A stretch of DNA of 64,000 bases. It comes from Candidatus Oxydemutator sp. (GTDB lineage: Bacteria; Pseudomonadota; Gammaproteobacteria; Poriferisulfidales; Oxydemutatoraceae). Below are positions 28,865 to 39,663 of this stretch, in pieces. The stretch covers positions 1,440,001 through 1,504,000 of the forward strand of contig OZ241883.1 of NCBI GenBank assembly GCA_965203445.1. The letters are read 5' to 3'. A model generated the notes under the pieces. It ran no database searches and was not told where the DNA came from. It saw only the letters and a program-made list of their open reading frames with translations. Within the stretch, counting starts at the first letter, position 1; each line of letters starts with the position of its first letter. Both the position numbers and the translations under genes were made by a program.

Positions 28865-30595
28865 TTACGCCGCCGCCTCGACGCGCATACGCACGACCGC
28901 CTCGGCGCAGGCGGTGAGCGACAGCATCGCGGTCTGCCGGTCGCGTCTTCGCAGGCACTCGACCTGCCCGTTTTCGAGATTTTTCTCGCTGACGACCAGG
29001 CGCCAGGGCAGGCCGATCAGGTCGCCGTCGGCGAACAGCACGCCGGGGCGCGCGTCGCGGTCGTCCAACAGCACGTCCACTCCGGCCGCAAGCAGCGCCT
29101 GGTAAAGGCGGTCGGTTTCGGTTTTTACCTTCGGGTTGCGGTGGTAGCCGACCGGCGTCAGCGCCACCTCGAAAGGCGCCATCGGCGGCGGCCAGACGAT
29201 GCCGTGCTTATCGTGGTTCTGCTCGATTGCCGCGGCGACGATGCGCGAGATGCCGATGCCGTAGCAGCCCATGTGCACGGTGCACGGTTTGCCGGCCTCG
29301 TCCAGCACCGACACGTCCATCGCCTCGCTGTAGCGGGTGCCGAGTTTGAAGATGTGTCCGACCTCGATGCCGCGCCGTATGTGCAGGCGCCCGCGCCCGT
29401 CGGGGCCGGGGTCGCCTTGTTCGACGTTGCGAAAGTCGCCGGTCTCCGGTTCCGGCAGGTCGCGCCCCCAGTTCACGTTCACCAGATGGTAGCCTTCCTC
29501 GTTGGCGCCGGTTGCGAAGTCGGCCATTTCGGCCGCGGCGTGGTCGGCCAACACCGGTACCCGCAGGCCGACGGGCCCGAGCGAGCCGGGCGGGCAGCCG
29601 ATGGTCTCGATAATTTTCCGTTCGTCGGCGAACGTGAGCGGATCGGCGACGGCCGGGTGCCTGGCGGCCTTGACGACGTTGAGTTCGTGATCGCCGCGCA
29701 CAAAGACGCCGACGATGCCGCCGTCGACGCCGTTGACGAACAACGCCTTCAGACACCGCCGCGCCGGCAGCTCGAGGAGCGTGGCCAGCGCCTGGATGGT
29801 CGTGGCGCCGGGAGTCTCTATCTTGTGCATTCTGGCGCCGCACCTGTTGGCGTCGCGCTCGCGTCGGGAGACGGCGGGTGCGGTCGGTGCCAGTTCGACG
29901 TTGGCGGCGTAATCGCCGTCGTCGGAGAACGCGATTCGATCCTCGCCGGTGTCGGCGAGGATATGGAACTCATGCGAGGCGTCGCCGCCGATGGCGCCGG
30001 TGTCGGCGAGCACCGCGCGGTAGTCCAGCCCGAGGCGCTCGAAGATGCGGCCGTAGGCCGAGAACATCGCGCGGTAGGTCACATCGAGCGAGGCGTCGTC
30101 GCAGTGGAAGGAGTAGGCGTCCTTCATCAGAAATTCGCGCGCGCGCATGACGCCGAAGCGCGGGCGGATCTCGTCGCGGAACTTGGTCTGTATCTGGTAG
30201 TAGTTGACCGGCAGCTGGCGGTAACTGGACAGCTCGCCGCGCGCGAAGTGGCAGATGACCTCCTCGTGCGTCGGCCCGAACACGAAATCGCGTCGGTGGC
30301 GGTCCTTGATGCGCAGCAACTCGGCGCCGTATTTGTCCCAGCGTCCCGATTTCCGCCACAGGTCGGCGGGCTGCACCGCCGGCATCAGCAGCTCGCAGGC
30401 GCCGGCGGCGTCCATCTCCTCGCGCACGACGGCGCCGACCTTGCGCAGCACGCGCAGCCCCATCGGCAGCCACAGATACAAGCCGGACGAGAGTTTGCGA
30501 ATCAGGCCGGCGCGCAGCATCAGCCGGTGGCTGACGACCTCGGCGTCGGCGGGTTCCTGCTTGAGCGTGTGAAAGGGGAAGCGTGAAACGCGCAT
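28865..30595 (-). CDS. proS: Proline--tRNA ligase
   Basis: SHRLMLRAG, GPTHEE, KFRDEIRPRFGVMRAREF, GIEVGHIF, MGCYGIG. Confidence 0.97.
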   Translation of the reverse strand: MRVSRFPFHTLKQEPADAEVVSHRLMLRAGLIRKLSSGLYLWLPMGLRVLRKVGAVVREEMDAAGACELLMPAVQPADLWRKSGRWDKYGAELLRIKDRHRRDFVFGPTHEEVICHFARGELSSYRQLPVNYYQIQTKFRDEIRPRFGVMRAREFLMKDAYSFHCDDASLDVTYRAMFSAYGRIFERLGLDYRAVLADTGAIGGDASHEFHILADTGEDRIAFSDDGDYAANVELAPTAPAVSRRERDANRCGARMHKIETPGATTIQALATLLELPARRCLKALFVNGVDGGIVGVFVRGDHELNVVKAARHPAVADPLTFADERKIIETIGCPPGSLGPVGLRVPVLADHAAAEMADFATGANEEGYHLVNVNWGRDLPEPETGDFRNVEQGDPGPDGRGRLHIRRGIEVGHIFKLGTRYSEAMDVSVLDEAGKPCTVHMGCYGIGISRIVAAAIEQNHDKHGIVWPPPMAPFEVALTPVGYHRNPKVKTETDRLYQALLAAGVDVLLDDRDARPGVLFADGDLIGLPWRLVVSEKNLENGQVECLRRRDRQTAMLSLTACAEAVVRMRVEAAA

Positions 30596-30855
30596 CTTAT
30601 TGCCCGCGTACGAGTATAGCAGAAGAAATTTTCGGGAATGTGTATGCGGGAATTGTGTATGGGATTTATGTAGTGACTTATCCCCCTGAATCAGGGCCGC
30701 GGGCATAGAGAGAAATTGCATTCTCTCGGGCCGCTTTGACGGCGGCAACCCCGACGTTGTCCGACGCGCCGCATTCCCCAGATTTTCGCCCCGGCGCGGG
30801 TTTCTGGTAAAGTGGCGACGCTGGCGGCCCTCTCGCGCCGCTTGGTGCAGCGCAG

Positions 30856-31923
30856 ATGAATCCCTTCCGACAATGGTTTGAACGCTCTTTTTCCAACCCG
30901 CAGGTAGCGGTTTTGCTGGCGTTGCTGGTCGTCGGTGCCGTCGTCATCGGCTTCGCCAGCCGCATACTGGCACCGCTGATGATCGGCCTGGTGCTGGCTT
31001 ATCTGCTCGACGGCCTGGTGGAGTTGTTGCAGCGTTCGCGGTTGTCGCGATCCTTGTCCTTGACGCTGGTGTACGCCGGCTTCGTCGCCGCCGTGATTTT
31101 GGTGCTGTTGGTGCTGGCGCCGCTGATGGCGCAACAGATCGCCGATTTTCTGCGCGCGCTGCCCTTGATTTTCAGTCGCGGCCAGGAGCTGCTCGCGCAA
31201 CTGCCGGAAAAGTACCCGCAGTACTTCGACGAACGGCAGATACAGGGCGTCATCTCCAGTATGCGCAGCGAGGTCGCGCACATCGCGCAGGGCATGCTGA
31301 CGACCCTGCTGTCCTCGGTCGGCGGCTTCATCACCGCGCTTATTTATCTGGTGCTGGTGCCGCTGCTGGTGTTTTTCTTCCTGAAGGACAAGAGCCTGCT
31401 GCTCGGATGGTGCGCGAACCTGCTGCCGCGCAAGGAGAATCGCATGCTGACTACGCGGGTCTGGCGCGAGGTCAACCAGAAAATCTCCGGCTACATCCGC
31501 GGTAAGCTGATCGAGATTCTCATCGTCTGGTTCGTCACCTGGATCGTGTTCCAGCTGCTCGGGTTGCAGTATGCGCTCCTGCTGTCTTTCCTGGTCGGCA
31601 TCTCGGTCGTGATCCCGTTTCTCGGCGCCGCCGTGGTCACGATCCCGGTCGCGCTGGTCGGCTACGCGCAGTGGGGGCTTACGTCGGATTTTCTGTACGT
31701 GATGGTCGCCTACGCCGTCATCCAGTTTTTGGACGGCAACCTTCTGGTGCCGCTGTTGTTTTCCGAGATCGTCAACCTGCACCCGATAGCGATTATTTCG
31801 GCGGTGTTGATCTTCGGCGGCTTGTGGGGAATCTGGGGCGTGTTTTTCGCAATTCCGCTGGCGACGCTGGTGCACGCGGTGTTGAAGGCGTGGCCGCGCG
31901 GAGGCGCCGCGTCGGCGCGTTAG
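30856..31923 (+). CDS. AI-2E family transporter (PerM-like)
   Basis: Multi-TM, YIRGK, QFLDGNLLVP, LHP, GVFFAIP. Confidence 0.9.
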   Translation: MNPFRQWFERSFSNPQVAVLLALLVVGAVVIGFASRILAPLMIGLVLAYLLDGLVELLQRSRLSRSLSLTLVYAGFVAAVILVLLVLAPLMAQQIADFLRALPLIFSRGQELLAQLPEKYPQYFDERQIQGVISSMRSEVAHIAQGMLTTLLSSVGGFITALIYLVLVPLLVFFFLKDKSLLLGWCANLLPRKENRMLTTRVWREVNQKISGYIRGKLIEILIVWFVTWIVFQLLGLQYALLLSFLVGISVVIPFLGAAVVTIPVALVGYAQWGLTSDFLYVMVAYAVIQFLDGNLLVPLLFSEIVNLHPIAIISAVLIFGGLWGIWGVFFAIPLATLVHAVLKAWPRGGAASAR

Positions 31924-31927
31924 CGCC

Positions 31928-32401
31928 TTAATCGAGCGCGCGCACCGCGTCGAGCACTTCCTCGACGTGTCCCAGGATCTTGACCTTGCGCCACTCGCGC
32001 CGCAGCACGCCTTTTTCGTCGAGCAGAAAGGTGCTGCGCTCGATGCCGCGCACCTTCTTGCCGTACATGTTCTTCGTCTTGACGACGTCGAACAGCGTGC
32101 ACGCCTCCTCGTTCTCGTCCGACCCCAGGTCGAACGGAAACTTGTACCTCTGCTTGAACTTGTCGTGCGACTTGACGCTGTCGCGCGAGACGCCGATGAC
32201 CTTGGCGTTGTGGCGCGAAAAGCTGCGGATCTTGTCGCGGAAGTTCCGGCTCTCGATGGTGCAGCCGGGGGTATTGTCGCGCGGGTAGAAGTAGATCACG
32301 ACCTTGCTGCCACGCAGCGCCGCCAGCGAGAGTGTGCCGCCGCCGCTTTTGGGCAGTTCGAAATTCGGGACTTTTTTGCCGATGGCAACCGTGTCGCTCA
32401 T
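31928..32401 (-). CDS. bcp: Peroxiredoxin Bcp
   Basis: YFYPRDNTPGCT, GVSRDS, IERSTF. Confidence 0.9.
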   Translation of the reverse strand: MSDTVAIGKKVPNFELPKSGGGTLSLAALRGSKVVIYFYPRDNTPGCTIESRNFRDKIRSFSRHNAKVIGVSRDSVKSHDKFKQRYKFPFDLGSDENEEACTLFDVVKTKNMYGKKVRGIERSTFLLDEKGVLRREWRKVKILGHVEEVLDAVRALD

Positions 32402-32535
32402 AGTGATGCTCCTTGCAGGCTCGATCGGGCGACGATTGTATCATTGCCGTTTGCCGACGGGCGGCGCCGGCTCGTTCGGGGCCGCCGCGCGGCGCCGGGA
32501 ACGGCGGTGCCGGCGGCGTCGGATATAATCCCCGA

Positions 32536-33414
32536 ATGTTCCAGGGCAGCATGGTCGCCATCGTCACGCCGATGCGCGAGGACGGTGCGATTGACTATCC
32601 GGCGTTCGCCGACCTGATCGAGTTCCACGTGGACAGCGGCACCGACGCGCTGGTGCCGGCGGGTACCACCGGCGAGTCGGCGACGCTCGATTTCGACGAG
32701 CATTGCGAGGTGGTGCGCTTCGCCGTCGCGCGGGCGCGCGGGCGCGTCCCGGTCATCGCCGGCACCGGCGCCAATTCCACGCGCGAGGCGCTGGAGCTCA
32801 CGCGCCGCGCGCAGCAGGACGGCGCCGATGCCTGTCTGCTGGTGACGCCGTACTACAACAAGCCGACGCAGGAAGGGCTGTACCGCCACCACGAGTTGAT
32901 CGCCAGGGAGGTGAACGTCCCGCAGATTCTTTATAATGTGCCCGGGCGCACCGCCTGCGACATGTTGCCGGCGACGGTGCAGCGGCTGAGCCGGGTGGAC
33001 GGCATCGTCGGCATCAAGGAAGCCACCGGTTCGATCGAGCGCGGTATCGAGATCATGCAACTTTGTGGAAAAGATTTTTCGGTGTACAGCGGCGAGGACG
33101 CCACCGCCGCGGAGTTGATGTCGCGCGGCGCCAGGGGCGTGATTTCGGTCACCGCGAACGTGGCGCCGGCGCAGATGCACGCGATGTGCGAGGCGGCGCT
33201 TTCGGGCGACGACGAGCGCGCCCGGGCGCTCGACCGGAAGTTGCAGGGCCTGCACGAGACGTTGTTCATAGAGTCCAATCCGATTCCGGCGAAGTGGGCC
33301 TTGTCCGAGGTGCGCAAGATCCCGCCGGGCATACGCCTGCCGCTAACGCCGTTGTCGCCGGAGCACCATGCGGACGTGCGCGCCTCGATGCGCCGCGCCG
33401 GGGTGTCGCCATGA
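32536..33414 (+). CDS. dapA: 4-hydroxy-tetrahydrodipicolinate synthase
   Basis: GTTGESATL, PYYNKP, LYNVPGRT, GIKEA. Confidence 0.97.
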   Translation: MFQGSMVAIVTPMREDGAIDYPAFADLIEFHVDSGTDALVPAGTTGESATLDFDEHCEVVRFAVARARGRVPVIAGTGANSTREALELTRRAQQDGADACLLVTPYYNKPTQEGLYRHHELIAREVNVPQILYNVPGRTACDMLPATVQRLSRVDGIVGIKEATGSIERGIEIMQLCGKDFSVYSGEDATAAELMSRGARGVISVTANVAPAQMHAMCEAALSGDDERARALDRKLQGLHETLFIESNPIPAKWALSEVRKIPPGIRLPLTPLSPEHHADVRASMRRAGVSP

Positions 33415-34457
33415 GGGCGCGCGTGCCGTTCGTCGCCGCCTGCGTCTGGCTCGCCGGCTGTTCGGCGTCGCGGGAGGATTCCTCGTGGTTCGACCAGCTC
33501 GACCTGCCGAGTTTCGGTTCCGACGTTTTCATGGGCGGCGACAATGCGCCGCTCGAGGTGCCGCCCGATCTCGACGCCATAGACGCCGACGACAGCCTGC
33601 GGATTCCCGGCGGTAAGGGACGGATCAGCGTCGCCGACGACGCCGCGCTCGGTAGCCGCGTGCTGCCCCAGCGCCTGGATTTGCGCCTGCGGCGCGACGG
33701 CGGTCTCGTGTGGCTCGCGGTGGACGTAAGCCCGGTCGCGTTGTGGCCGCGGATACGGGAGTTTTTGCGACGCGGCGGTTTCGAGATCGCCGAAAACGAC
33801 CCGACGCACGGCTACATCGAGACCGCGTGGCGCGAACGCCGCCTGCAGGTTGCCGGCGAACGGGATTACGCGCGCTTGCGCACGCGCCTGCACGTTCGTC
33901 TGGAACGCGAGCCGAACGCGGTGACCAACTTGTTTCTGTCGTCGCGCGACGCCGGTTACGCGCGCGGCGAATGGCGCCTGCTGCCGCCGGATAGCGGCTT
34001 CGAGCGGCGCATGTTGCTGCGTTTCCGCGATTATCTCGCGGCCGGGCGCGAAGTGGCGAGTCCACGCATGGCGTCGCTCGACGACGTCAAGACCGCGCTC
34101 GACATAGACAACGTCGCGGGGGTCGCGGTGTTGACGATCGGCCAGCGTTACCGCAGGGCGTGGCGTCGCGTCGGTGCCGCCCTCGAGCGCGCCGGCATCG
34201 AGACGTTCGGCGACGACCGCAGCCGCGGCATTTACCTGGTGCGCGACACCGGCGTCTCCGCCGGCGGCGCACGTTCGATAGACGGCGTAGCGGCCCGCGC
34301 CGAACCGTTGCAGCTGCATTTGCTTGCAAAGGGCGACCGCACGCTGGTGACGGTGCACCCGAACGTCGGCGGCGACGACGTGCCGTACGCGCTCGCGCAT
34401 CGGATCCTGAAGCGGCTCCGGATGGCGTACGAAGTGGGGGACGTGGTCTCGCGCTGA
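33411..34457 (+). CDS. bamC: Outer membrane assembly lipoprotein BamC
   Basis: Lipobox LAGC, PLEVPPDL, GYIETAW; follows dapA. Confidence 0.8.
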   Translation: MRARVPFVAACVWLAGCSASREDSSWFDQLDLPSFGSDVFMGGDNAPLEVPPDLDAIDADDSLRIPGGKGRISVADDAALGSRVLPQRLDLRLRRDGGLVWLAVDVSPVALWPRIREFLRRGGFEIAENDPTHGYIETAWRERRLQVAGERDYARLRTRLHVRLEREPNAVTNLFLSSRDAGYARGEWRLLPPDSGFERRMLLRFRDYLAAGREVASPRMASLDDVKTALDIDNVAGVAVLTIGQRYRRAWRRVGAALERAGIETFGDDRSRGIYLVRDTGVSAGGARSIDGVAARAEPLQLHLLAKGDRTLVTVHPNVGGDDVPYALAHRILKRLRMAYEVGDVVSR

Positions 34458-34524
34458 AACGCCCCGTCCCGATGGTTTGTTGCGCGCGGTTGGCCGCTTA
34501 TGACAAAATAACTCCTTTCGGAAA

Positions 34525-34743
34525 ATGGCAGAAGACACTTTTCATCATAAGGACGACGAGCCGGGCTTTGTCATCGGCTGGAAGTATAAGTACAAGTTCG
34601 AGTCCGGGCAGTACGACGAGGAGATGACGTACGGAGAAGCCAGACGGCGCGTCTCGCGGCTTCACGACGAGCACCCCGACATGACGTTCTGGCCGAAGAA
34701 AAAGCACGTCACGTCGGCGTTTTACAATCCCGATGCACACTGA
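34525..34743 (+). CDS. Small hypothetical protein
   Basis: 72-aa ORF with host-like codons filling the gap before leuC. Confidence 0.6.
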   Translation: MAEDTFHHKDDEPGFVIGWKYKYKFESGQYDEEMTYGEARRRVSRLHDEHPDMTFWPKKKHVTSAFYNPDAH

Positions 34744-34788
34744 GGCCGTGCGCCCGCGGCGCGCGCCCGTGCGCCGCGAGCTTGCCCG

Positions 34789-36192
34789 ATGGCGGGGCTG
34801 ACGCTGTACGACAAGCTGTGGCGCGACCACCTGGTGCGCGAGGAGGCCGACGGCACCGCTCTGCTCTACATAGACCGCCATCTGGTGCACGAGGTCACGT
34901 CGCCGCAGGCTTTCGAGGGCTTGCAACTGGCCGGGCGCAGGCTGTGGCGCGCGTCTTCCATAGTCGCCGTCGCCGATCACAACGTGCCGACGCAACACCG
35001 CGAGCGCGGCGTCGGCGACCCGGTCTCGCGCGTGCAGTTGGAGGCGCTGGCGCGCAACTGCGACGCGCATAGGCTGACCTACTACGGTCTCGGCGACGAA
35101 CGCCAGGGCATCGTCCACGTCATCGGCCCCGAGCGCGGCGTCACGCTGCCCGGAAGCACGCTGGTGTGCGGCGATTCGCACACCTCGACGCACGGCGCGT
35201 TTGCGGCCCTGGCGATGGGCGTCGGCACGTCCGAGGTCGAGCACGTGTTTGCGACGCAATGCCTGCTCACGAAAAAATTGCGCAACATGCGGGTGCGCGT
35301 GGGCGGCGCGTTGGCGCGCGGCGTCACGGCCAAGGATCTGGTGCTCGCGATCATCGGCGAGATCGGCACGGCCGGCGGCGCCGGCTGCGCCGTCGAGTAC
35401 ACTGGCGCCGCGATCCGCGCTCTCTCGATGGAGGGCCGTATGACCGTCTGCAACATGACGATAGAGGCCGGCGCGCGCGCCGGACTGGTCGCGTACGACG
35501 ACGTCACGCGCGATTATCTGTGCGGACGCCCGTCGGCGCCGACCGGCGCTGCGTGGGAGCGGGCGCTTGCGACGTGGCGCGATCTGCATTCGGACGAAGA
35601 CGCGGTCTTTGATCGGGAAGTCGCAGTGGACGCCGGCGCCGTCGAACCGCAGGTTACGTGGGGAACCTCACCGGAAATGGTCGCGCCGATTGGCGGGCGT
35701 GTTCCCGACCCTGATGACGAGGAGGACCCGGTCAAGGCCGAAGGCTGGCGCAAGGCGCTGTCCTATATGGACTTGCGTCCTGGCACTGCGATTCGTGACA
35801 TCGTTCTCGACAAGGTTTTCATCGGGTCGTGCACGAACTCGCGGATCGAGGACTTGCGCGAGGCGGCGGGCGTCGTTAAGGGACGCCGCGTCTCCGCCGA
35901 CGTTCGCCAGGCGCTGGTAGTGCCCGGTTCGGTGCCGGTCAAGCGCCAGGCCGAGCGCGAGGGCCTGCACCGCGTGTTCCTGGAGGCCGGTTTTGAGTGG
36001 CGCGACCCTGGTTGCTCGATGTGCCTCGGCATGAACGAGGATCGCCTGGGCGCGGGCGAGCGCTGCGCCTCGACGTCGAACCGCAATTTCGAGGGACGCC
36101 AGGGGCAGGGCGGGCGCACCCATCTGGTCAGCCCGACGATGGCGGCGGCGGCGGCGGTGTACGGGCGCTTCGTGGACGTGCGCGAGATCTGA
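34789..36192 (+). CDS. leuC: 3-isopropylmalate dehydratase large subunit
   Basis: [38 protein letters not shown]. Confidence 0.97.
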   Translation: MAGLTLYDKLWRDHLVREEADGTALLYIDRHLVHEVTSPQAFEGLQLAGRRLWRASSIVAVADHNVPTQHRERGVGDPVSRVQLEALARNCDAHRLTYYGLGDERQGIVHVIGPERGVTLPGSTLVCGDSHTSTHGAFAALAMGVGTSEVEHVFATQCLLTKKLRNMRVRVGGALARGVTAKDLVLAIIGEIGTAGGAGCAVEYTGAAIRALSMEGRMTVCNMTIEAGARAGLVAYDDVTRDYLCGRPSAPTGAAWERALATWRDLHSDEDAVFDREVAVDAGAVEPQVTWGTSPEMVAPIGGRVPDPDDEEDPVKAEGWRKALSYMDLRPGTAIRDIVLDKVFIGSCTNSRIEDLREAAGVVKGRRVSADVRQALVVPGSVPVKRQAEREGLHRVFLEAGFEWRDPGCSMCLGMNEDRLGAGERCASTSNRNFEGRQGQGGRTHLVSPTMAAAAAVYGRFVDVREI

Positions 36193-36276
36193 GGCCGCGC
36201 GCCCGGGAAATTACGTGACGGCGGCGCTCTTTTTTGCGCGAAAGCGCGGCTGCTTTCTCGTCGCCTGGGGTTCGTG

Positions 36277-36930
36277 ATGCGTCCGTTTCAGGTCCGCCGG
36301 GGAATCGTCGCGCCGCTCGACCGCGCCAACGTGGATACCGACGCGATTATTCCGAAACAGTACCTGAAGTCGGTCAAGCGCACCGGTTTCGGGCCGAATC
36401 TGTTCGACGATTGGCGCTATCTCGATCCGGGCGAGATCGGATCGGATCACGCGCGCCGGCGCCGCAATCCCGATTTTGTATTGAACCGGCCGCGCTACCA
36501 GGGAGCCGGTGTTTTGCTTGCGCGCGAGAACTTCGGCTGCGGGTCGTCGCGCGAGCACGCGGTGTGGGCGCTGACCGACGCCGGTTTTTTTGCCGTCGTC
36601 GCCCCGGTGTTCGCCGATATTTTCTGCGCCAATGCGTTCAAGAACGGGCTGCTGCCGGTGGCGCTGCCGGCGGCCGCGGTGGACGAGATGTTCGCGCGCA
36701 CCGAGGCGCGCGCGGGTTACGCGCTGACGATAGACCTGCCGGCGCAGCGCGTCTGCGACGACGAGTCCTCGTGGGCGTTCGAGGTGGATGCGTTTCGCAA
36801 GCGGTGCCTGCTGGAGGGGCTGGACGAGATCGGTTTGACGCTGCGCCACGCCGACGATATTCGTGCGTATGAGGAACAACGCAGAAAGACCGCGCCGTGG
36901 CTGTTCGACGACTTGAGGCGCCTCTCGTGA
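36277..36930 (+). CDS. leuD: 3-isopropylmalate dehydratase small subunit
   Basis: [24 protein letters not shown]. Confidence 0.97.
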   Translation: MRPFQVRRGIVAPLDRANVDTDAIIPKQYLKSVKRTGFGPNLFDDWRYLDPGEIGSDHARRRRNPDFVLNRPRYQGAGVLLARENFGCGSSREHAVWALTDAGFFAVVAPVFADIFCANAFKNGLLPVALPAAAVDEMFARTEARAGYALTIDLPAQRVCDDESSWAFEVDAFRKRCLLEGLDEIGLTLRHADDIRAYEEQRRKTAPWLFDDLRRLS

Positions 36931-38033
36931 ACGAGCCGCCGAAGCGGATTCTGCTGTTGCCCGGCGACGGCATCGGGCCGGAAGTCGTGGCCGAGGCCGT
37001 CAAGGTCGTGGACTGTATGCGCGCCGCGGGTGATCTCGACGCCGAGTACGAGTACGGCCTGATCGGCGGCGCCGCCTGGGAGGAATGCGGCAGTCCGCTG
37101 CCCGAACGGACGCTGGCCGCCGCCCGCCGCTGCGACGCGGTGCTGATGGGCGCGGTCGGCGCGCCGCAATACGAGAAACTGGCGCGCGAGCTGCGTCCGG
37201 AACGGGGGCTGCTCGGCATCCGCCGCGCTCTCGGCCTGTTCGCAAACCTGCGCCCGGCGCTGTCGTTCGCGCCGCTCGCCGCGGCCTCGAGCCTGAAGGC
37301 CGACAAGGTGGCGGGCCTCGATCTGCTGATCGTGCGCGAATTGACCGGGGGCGTCTATTTCGGGGAACCGCGCGGCATCCGCACCGGCGCCGACGGCGTG
37401 CGCGTCGGCTTCAACACGATGGCCTACCGCGAGGACGAGATCGTGCGCATCGCAAAGGTCGCGTTCGCCGCGGCCCAGGAGCGCGGCGGGCGTCTGTGCT
37501 CGGTGGACAAGGCCAACGTGCTCGAAGTCTCGGAGTTGTGGCGCGACGTCGTAGCGCGCGTCGCGCGCGATTATCCCGACGTCGAATTGAGCCACCTCTA
37601 CGTGGACAACGCCGCGATGCAACTGGTGCGCGAGCCGAAGCAGTTCGACGTGATCGTCACTTCCAATCTGTTCGGCGACGTGCTGTCCGATTTGGCGGCG
37701 ATGCTGACCGGTTCCATCGGCCTGTTGCCGTCGGCGTCGCTGAACGCAAGCGGTGACGGTTTATACGAGCCGGTGCACGGTTCGGCGCCCGACGTCGCCG
37801 GGCGCGGCGTCGCCAACCCGCTCGCCGCGATTTTGTCGTTTGCGATGCTGCTGCGTTATTCACTGAAACTGCCGGACCTGGCCGCGCGCCTCGAGCGCGC
37901 GGTGGCGGCGGCCCTGGCGCGGGCGCGCACCGCGGACATTGCGGCGGGCGCGCCGGCGATCTCGACGCGCGCGATGGGCGACACCGTGGTTACGTGTTAC
38001 GCCGAGGCATCCGACGTCGCGGCGTTGCGGTGA
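36927..38033 (+). CDS. leuB: 3-isopropylmalate dehydrogenase
   Basis: [41 protein letters not shown]. Confidence 0.97.
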   Translation: MNEPPKRILLLPGDGIGPEVVAEAVKVVDCMRAAGDLDAEYEYGLIGGAAWEECGSPLPERTLAAARRCDAVLMGAVGAPQYEKLARELRPERGLLGIRRALGLFANLRPALSFAPLAAASSLKADKVAGLDLLIVRELTGGVYFGEPRGIRTGADGVRVGFNTMAYREDEIVRIAKVAFAAAQERGGRLCSVDKANVLEVSELWRDVVARVARDYPDVELSHLYVDNAAMQLVREPKQFDVIVTSNLFGDVLSDLAAMLTGSIGLLPSASLNASGDGLYEPVHGSAPDVAGRGVANPLAAILSFAMLLRYSLKLPDLAARLERAVAAALARARTADIAAGAPAISTRAMGDTVVTCYAEASDVAALR

Positions 38034-38108
38034 CCGGCGGCGCCGCGTTTCCGGTGTCGGAGCCGGTCTGCTTGCGACGGCGGACGTCGTCGTAGTCTGC
38101 AATAGTTT

Positions 38109-38756
38109 TTGGCGGTGCTGCGGGTTGAGTCGTTGCGTCGGGACGGTCTCGGCCCGATCTCGTTGACGATAGGCGACGGCGAATGTCTCGCGGTCACCGG
38201 CCCTTCCGGTTCCGGAAAATCATTGCTGCTGCGCGCAATCGCGGATCTCGACGCGAACGAGGGTTCGGTGTTCGCGGGCGCCCTCGAGCGGGCGCGGACG
38301 CCGGCGCCGGCGTGGCGGCGGACGGTCGCCTACGTCCCGGCCGAGCCGGGCTGGTGGGGCGACGTCGTGCGCGATCATTTTGATTCGCCGTATCCGACGG
38401 CGCTCGTGCAGTCCATGGGGTTTGGGCGCGAGGTCTTCGAGGCCCGCGTCTCGCGGCTTTCCACCGGCGAACGCCAGCGGCTCGCGCTTGCGCGTTGCCT
38501 CGCGCGCTCGCCCGAGGTGCTGTTGCTCGACGAGCCGACCGCGGCCCTGGACGAGCACAACAAGCGGGAGGTCGAGGCGACGTTGACGGCGTGTCTTGCC
38601 CGCGGCGCGTCGCTGTTGCTGGTAACCCACGACCTCGCCCAGGCCGCGCGCCTCGCCGCGCGCTCGCTTACGCTGGAAAACGGACGCCTGGCCGCCGGCT
38701 CGCCCGGGTCTGGGTGGGAGCGCCCGCAGCACTCGCTACACCCAGGGCGCCGATGA
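38109..38756 (+). CDS. ABC transporter ATP-binding protein (FetA/YbbL-like)
   Basis: GPSGSGKS, LSTGERQR, LLLDEPT. Confidence 0.85.
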   Translation: MAVLRVESLRRDGLGPISLTIGDGECLAVTGPSGSGKSLLLRAIADLDANEGSVFAGALERARTPAPAWRRTVAYVPAEPGWWGDVVRDHFDSPYPTALVQSMGFGREVFEARVSRLSTGERQRLALARCLARSPEVLLLDEPTAALDEHNKREVEATLTACLARGASLLLVTHDLAQAARLAARSLTLENGRLAAGSPGSGWERPQHSLHPGRR

Positions 38757-39550
38757 GAGACTACGTCTCAATCGGCTACGGCGACCTCGCGCTGGCGTCG
38801 GTGCTGCTCGTCGCAAACGCCGGTTTTTCGATAGCGCTCAGACTCGGGCTGGAACGCCAGATGTTGGTCGCGGCGGCGCGCATGACCGTCCAGTTGCTGC
38901 TGATCGGCGCGCTCCTCAAGTTTTTGTTCGCGCTGGCGTCGTTGTGGGTGACGCTGCTTGCGATGTCGGTCATGGCGGCGGTCGCCGGCTACGAGATCAA
39001 CGCCCGCCAGGAGCACCGCATCGCCGGCGGCGGAAGCTACGTCCTGGGCGCGCTGACGGCGCTGATCGCGGGCTTTCTGGTGACGGCGTTCGCGCTCGCC
39101 GCGCCGATCCGCCCCGAACCCTGGTACGCGCCGCACTTTGCGATTCCGCTGTTCGGCATGATCCTCGGCAACGCGATGACCGGCATCAGCCTGGGCCTCG
39201 ATACGCTGACGACGGCGGTGCGCCGCGAGGCCGCATCCATCGAGGCGCAGTTGACGTTGGGCGAGACTTTTCGGTGCGCGATGCGCCCGGTCGTTCGGCG
39301 CGCGCTGCGCAGCGGCTTCATGCCGATCATAAACGCGATGGCGGCGACCGGCGTTGTGGCGTTGCCTGGAATGATGACCGGGCAGATTCTCGCCGGGGTG
39401 GACCCGTCGGAGGCCGTGAAGTATCAAATACTGGTGATGCTGCTGATCGGCGGCGGCACCGGGCTGGGCGTGTTGCTTGCGGTGTTCGGGGCGGTGCGCC
39501 TGCTCACCGACGAGCGCCATCGCCTGCGGCACGACCAGCTGGGCGGGTAA
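38753..39550 (+). CDS. ABC permease, UPF0014 (FetB/YbbM-like)
   Basis: RMTVQLLLIG, IPLFGMILGNAM, LPGMMTGQILAG, AVKYQI. Confidence 0.88.
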   Translation: MRDYVSIGYGDLALASVLLVANAGFSIALRLGLERQMLVAAARMTVQLLLIGALLKFLFALASLWVTLLAMSVMAAVAGYEINARQEHRIAGGGSYVLGALTALIAGFLVTAFALAAPIRPEPWYAPHFAIPLFGMILGNAMTGISLGLDTLTTAVRREAASIEAQLTLGETFRCAMRPVVRRALRSGFMPIINAMAATGVVALPGMMTGQILAGVDPSEAVKYQILVMLLIGGGTGLGVLLAVFGAVRLLTDERHRLRHDQLGG

Positions 39551-39663
39551 GGGCCAGGCGGCGCCCTTGTGCGTGCTTGTACATGCGTCCGGTGCGTTGC
39601 GCGACGGATCGTCGCGCGGTGTCTGATACGGCGGTGTGTTTCGCAGGGCGCGTCAGGGCGCGA

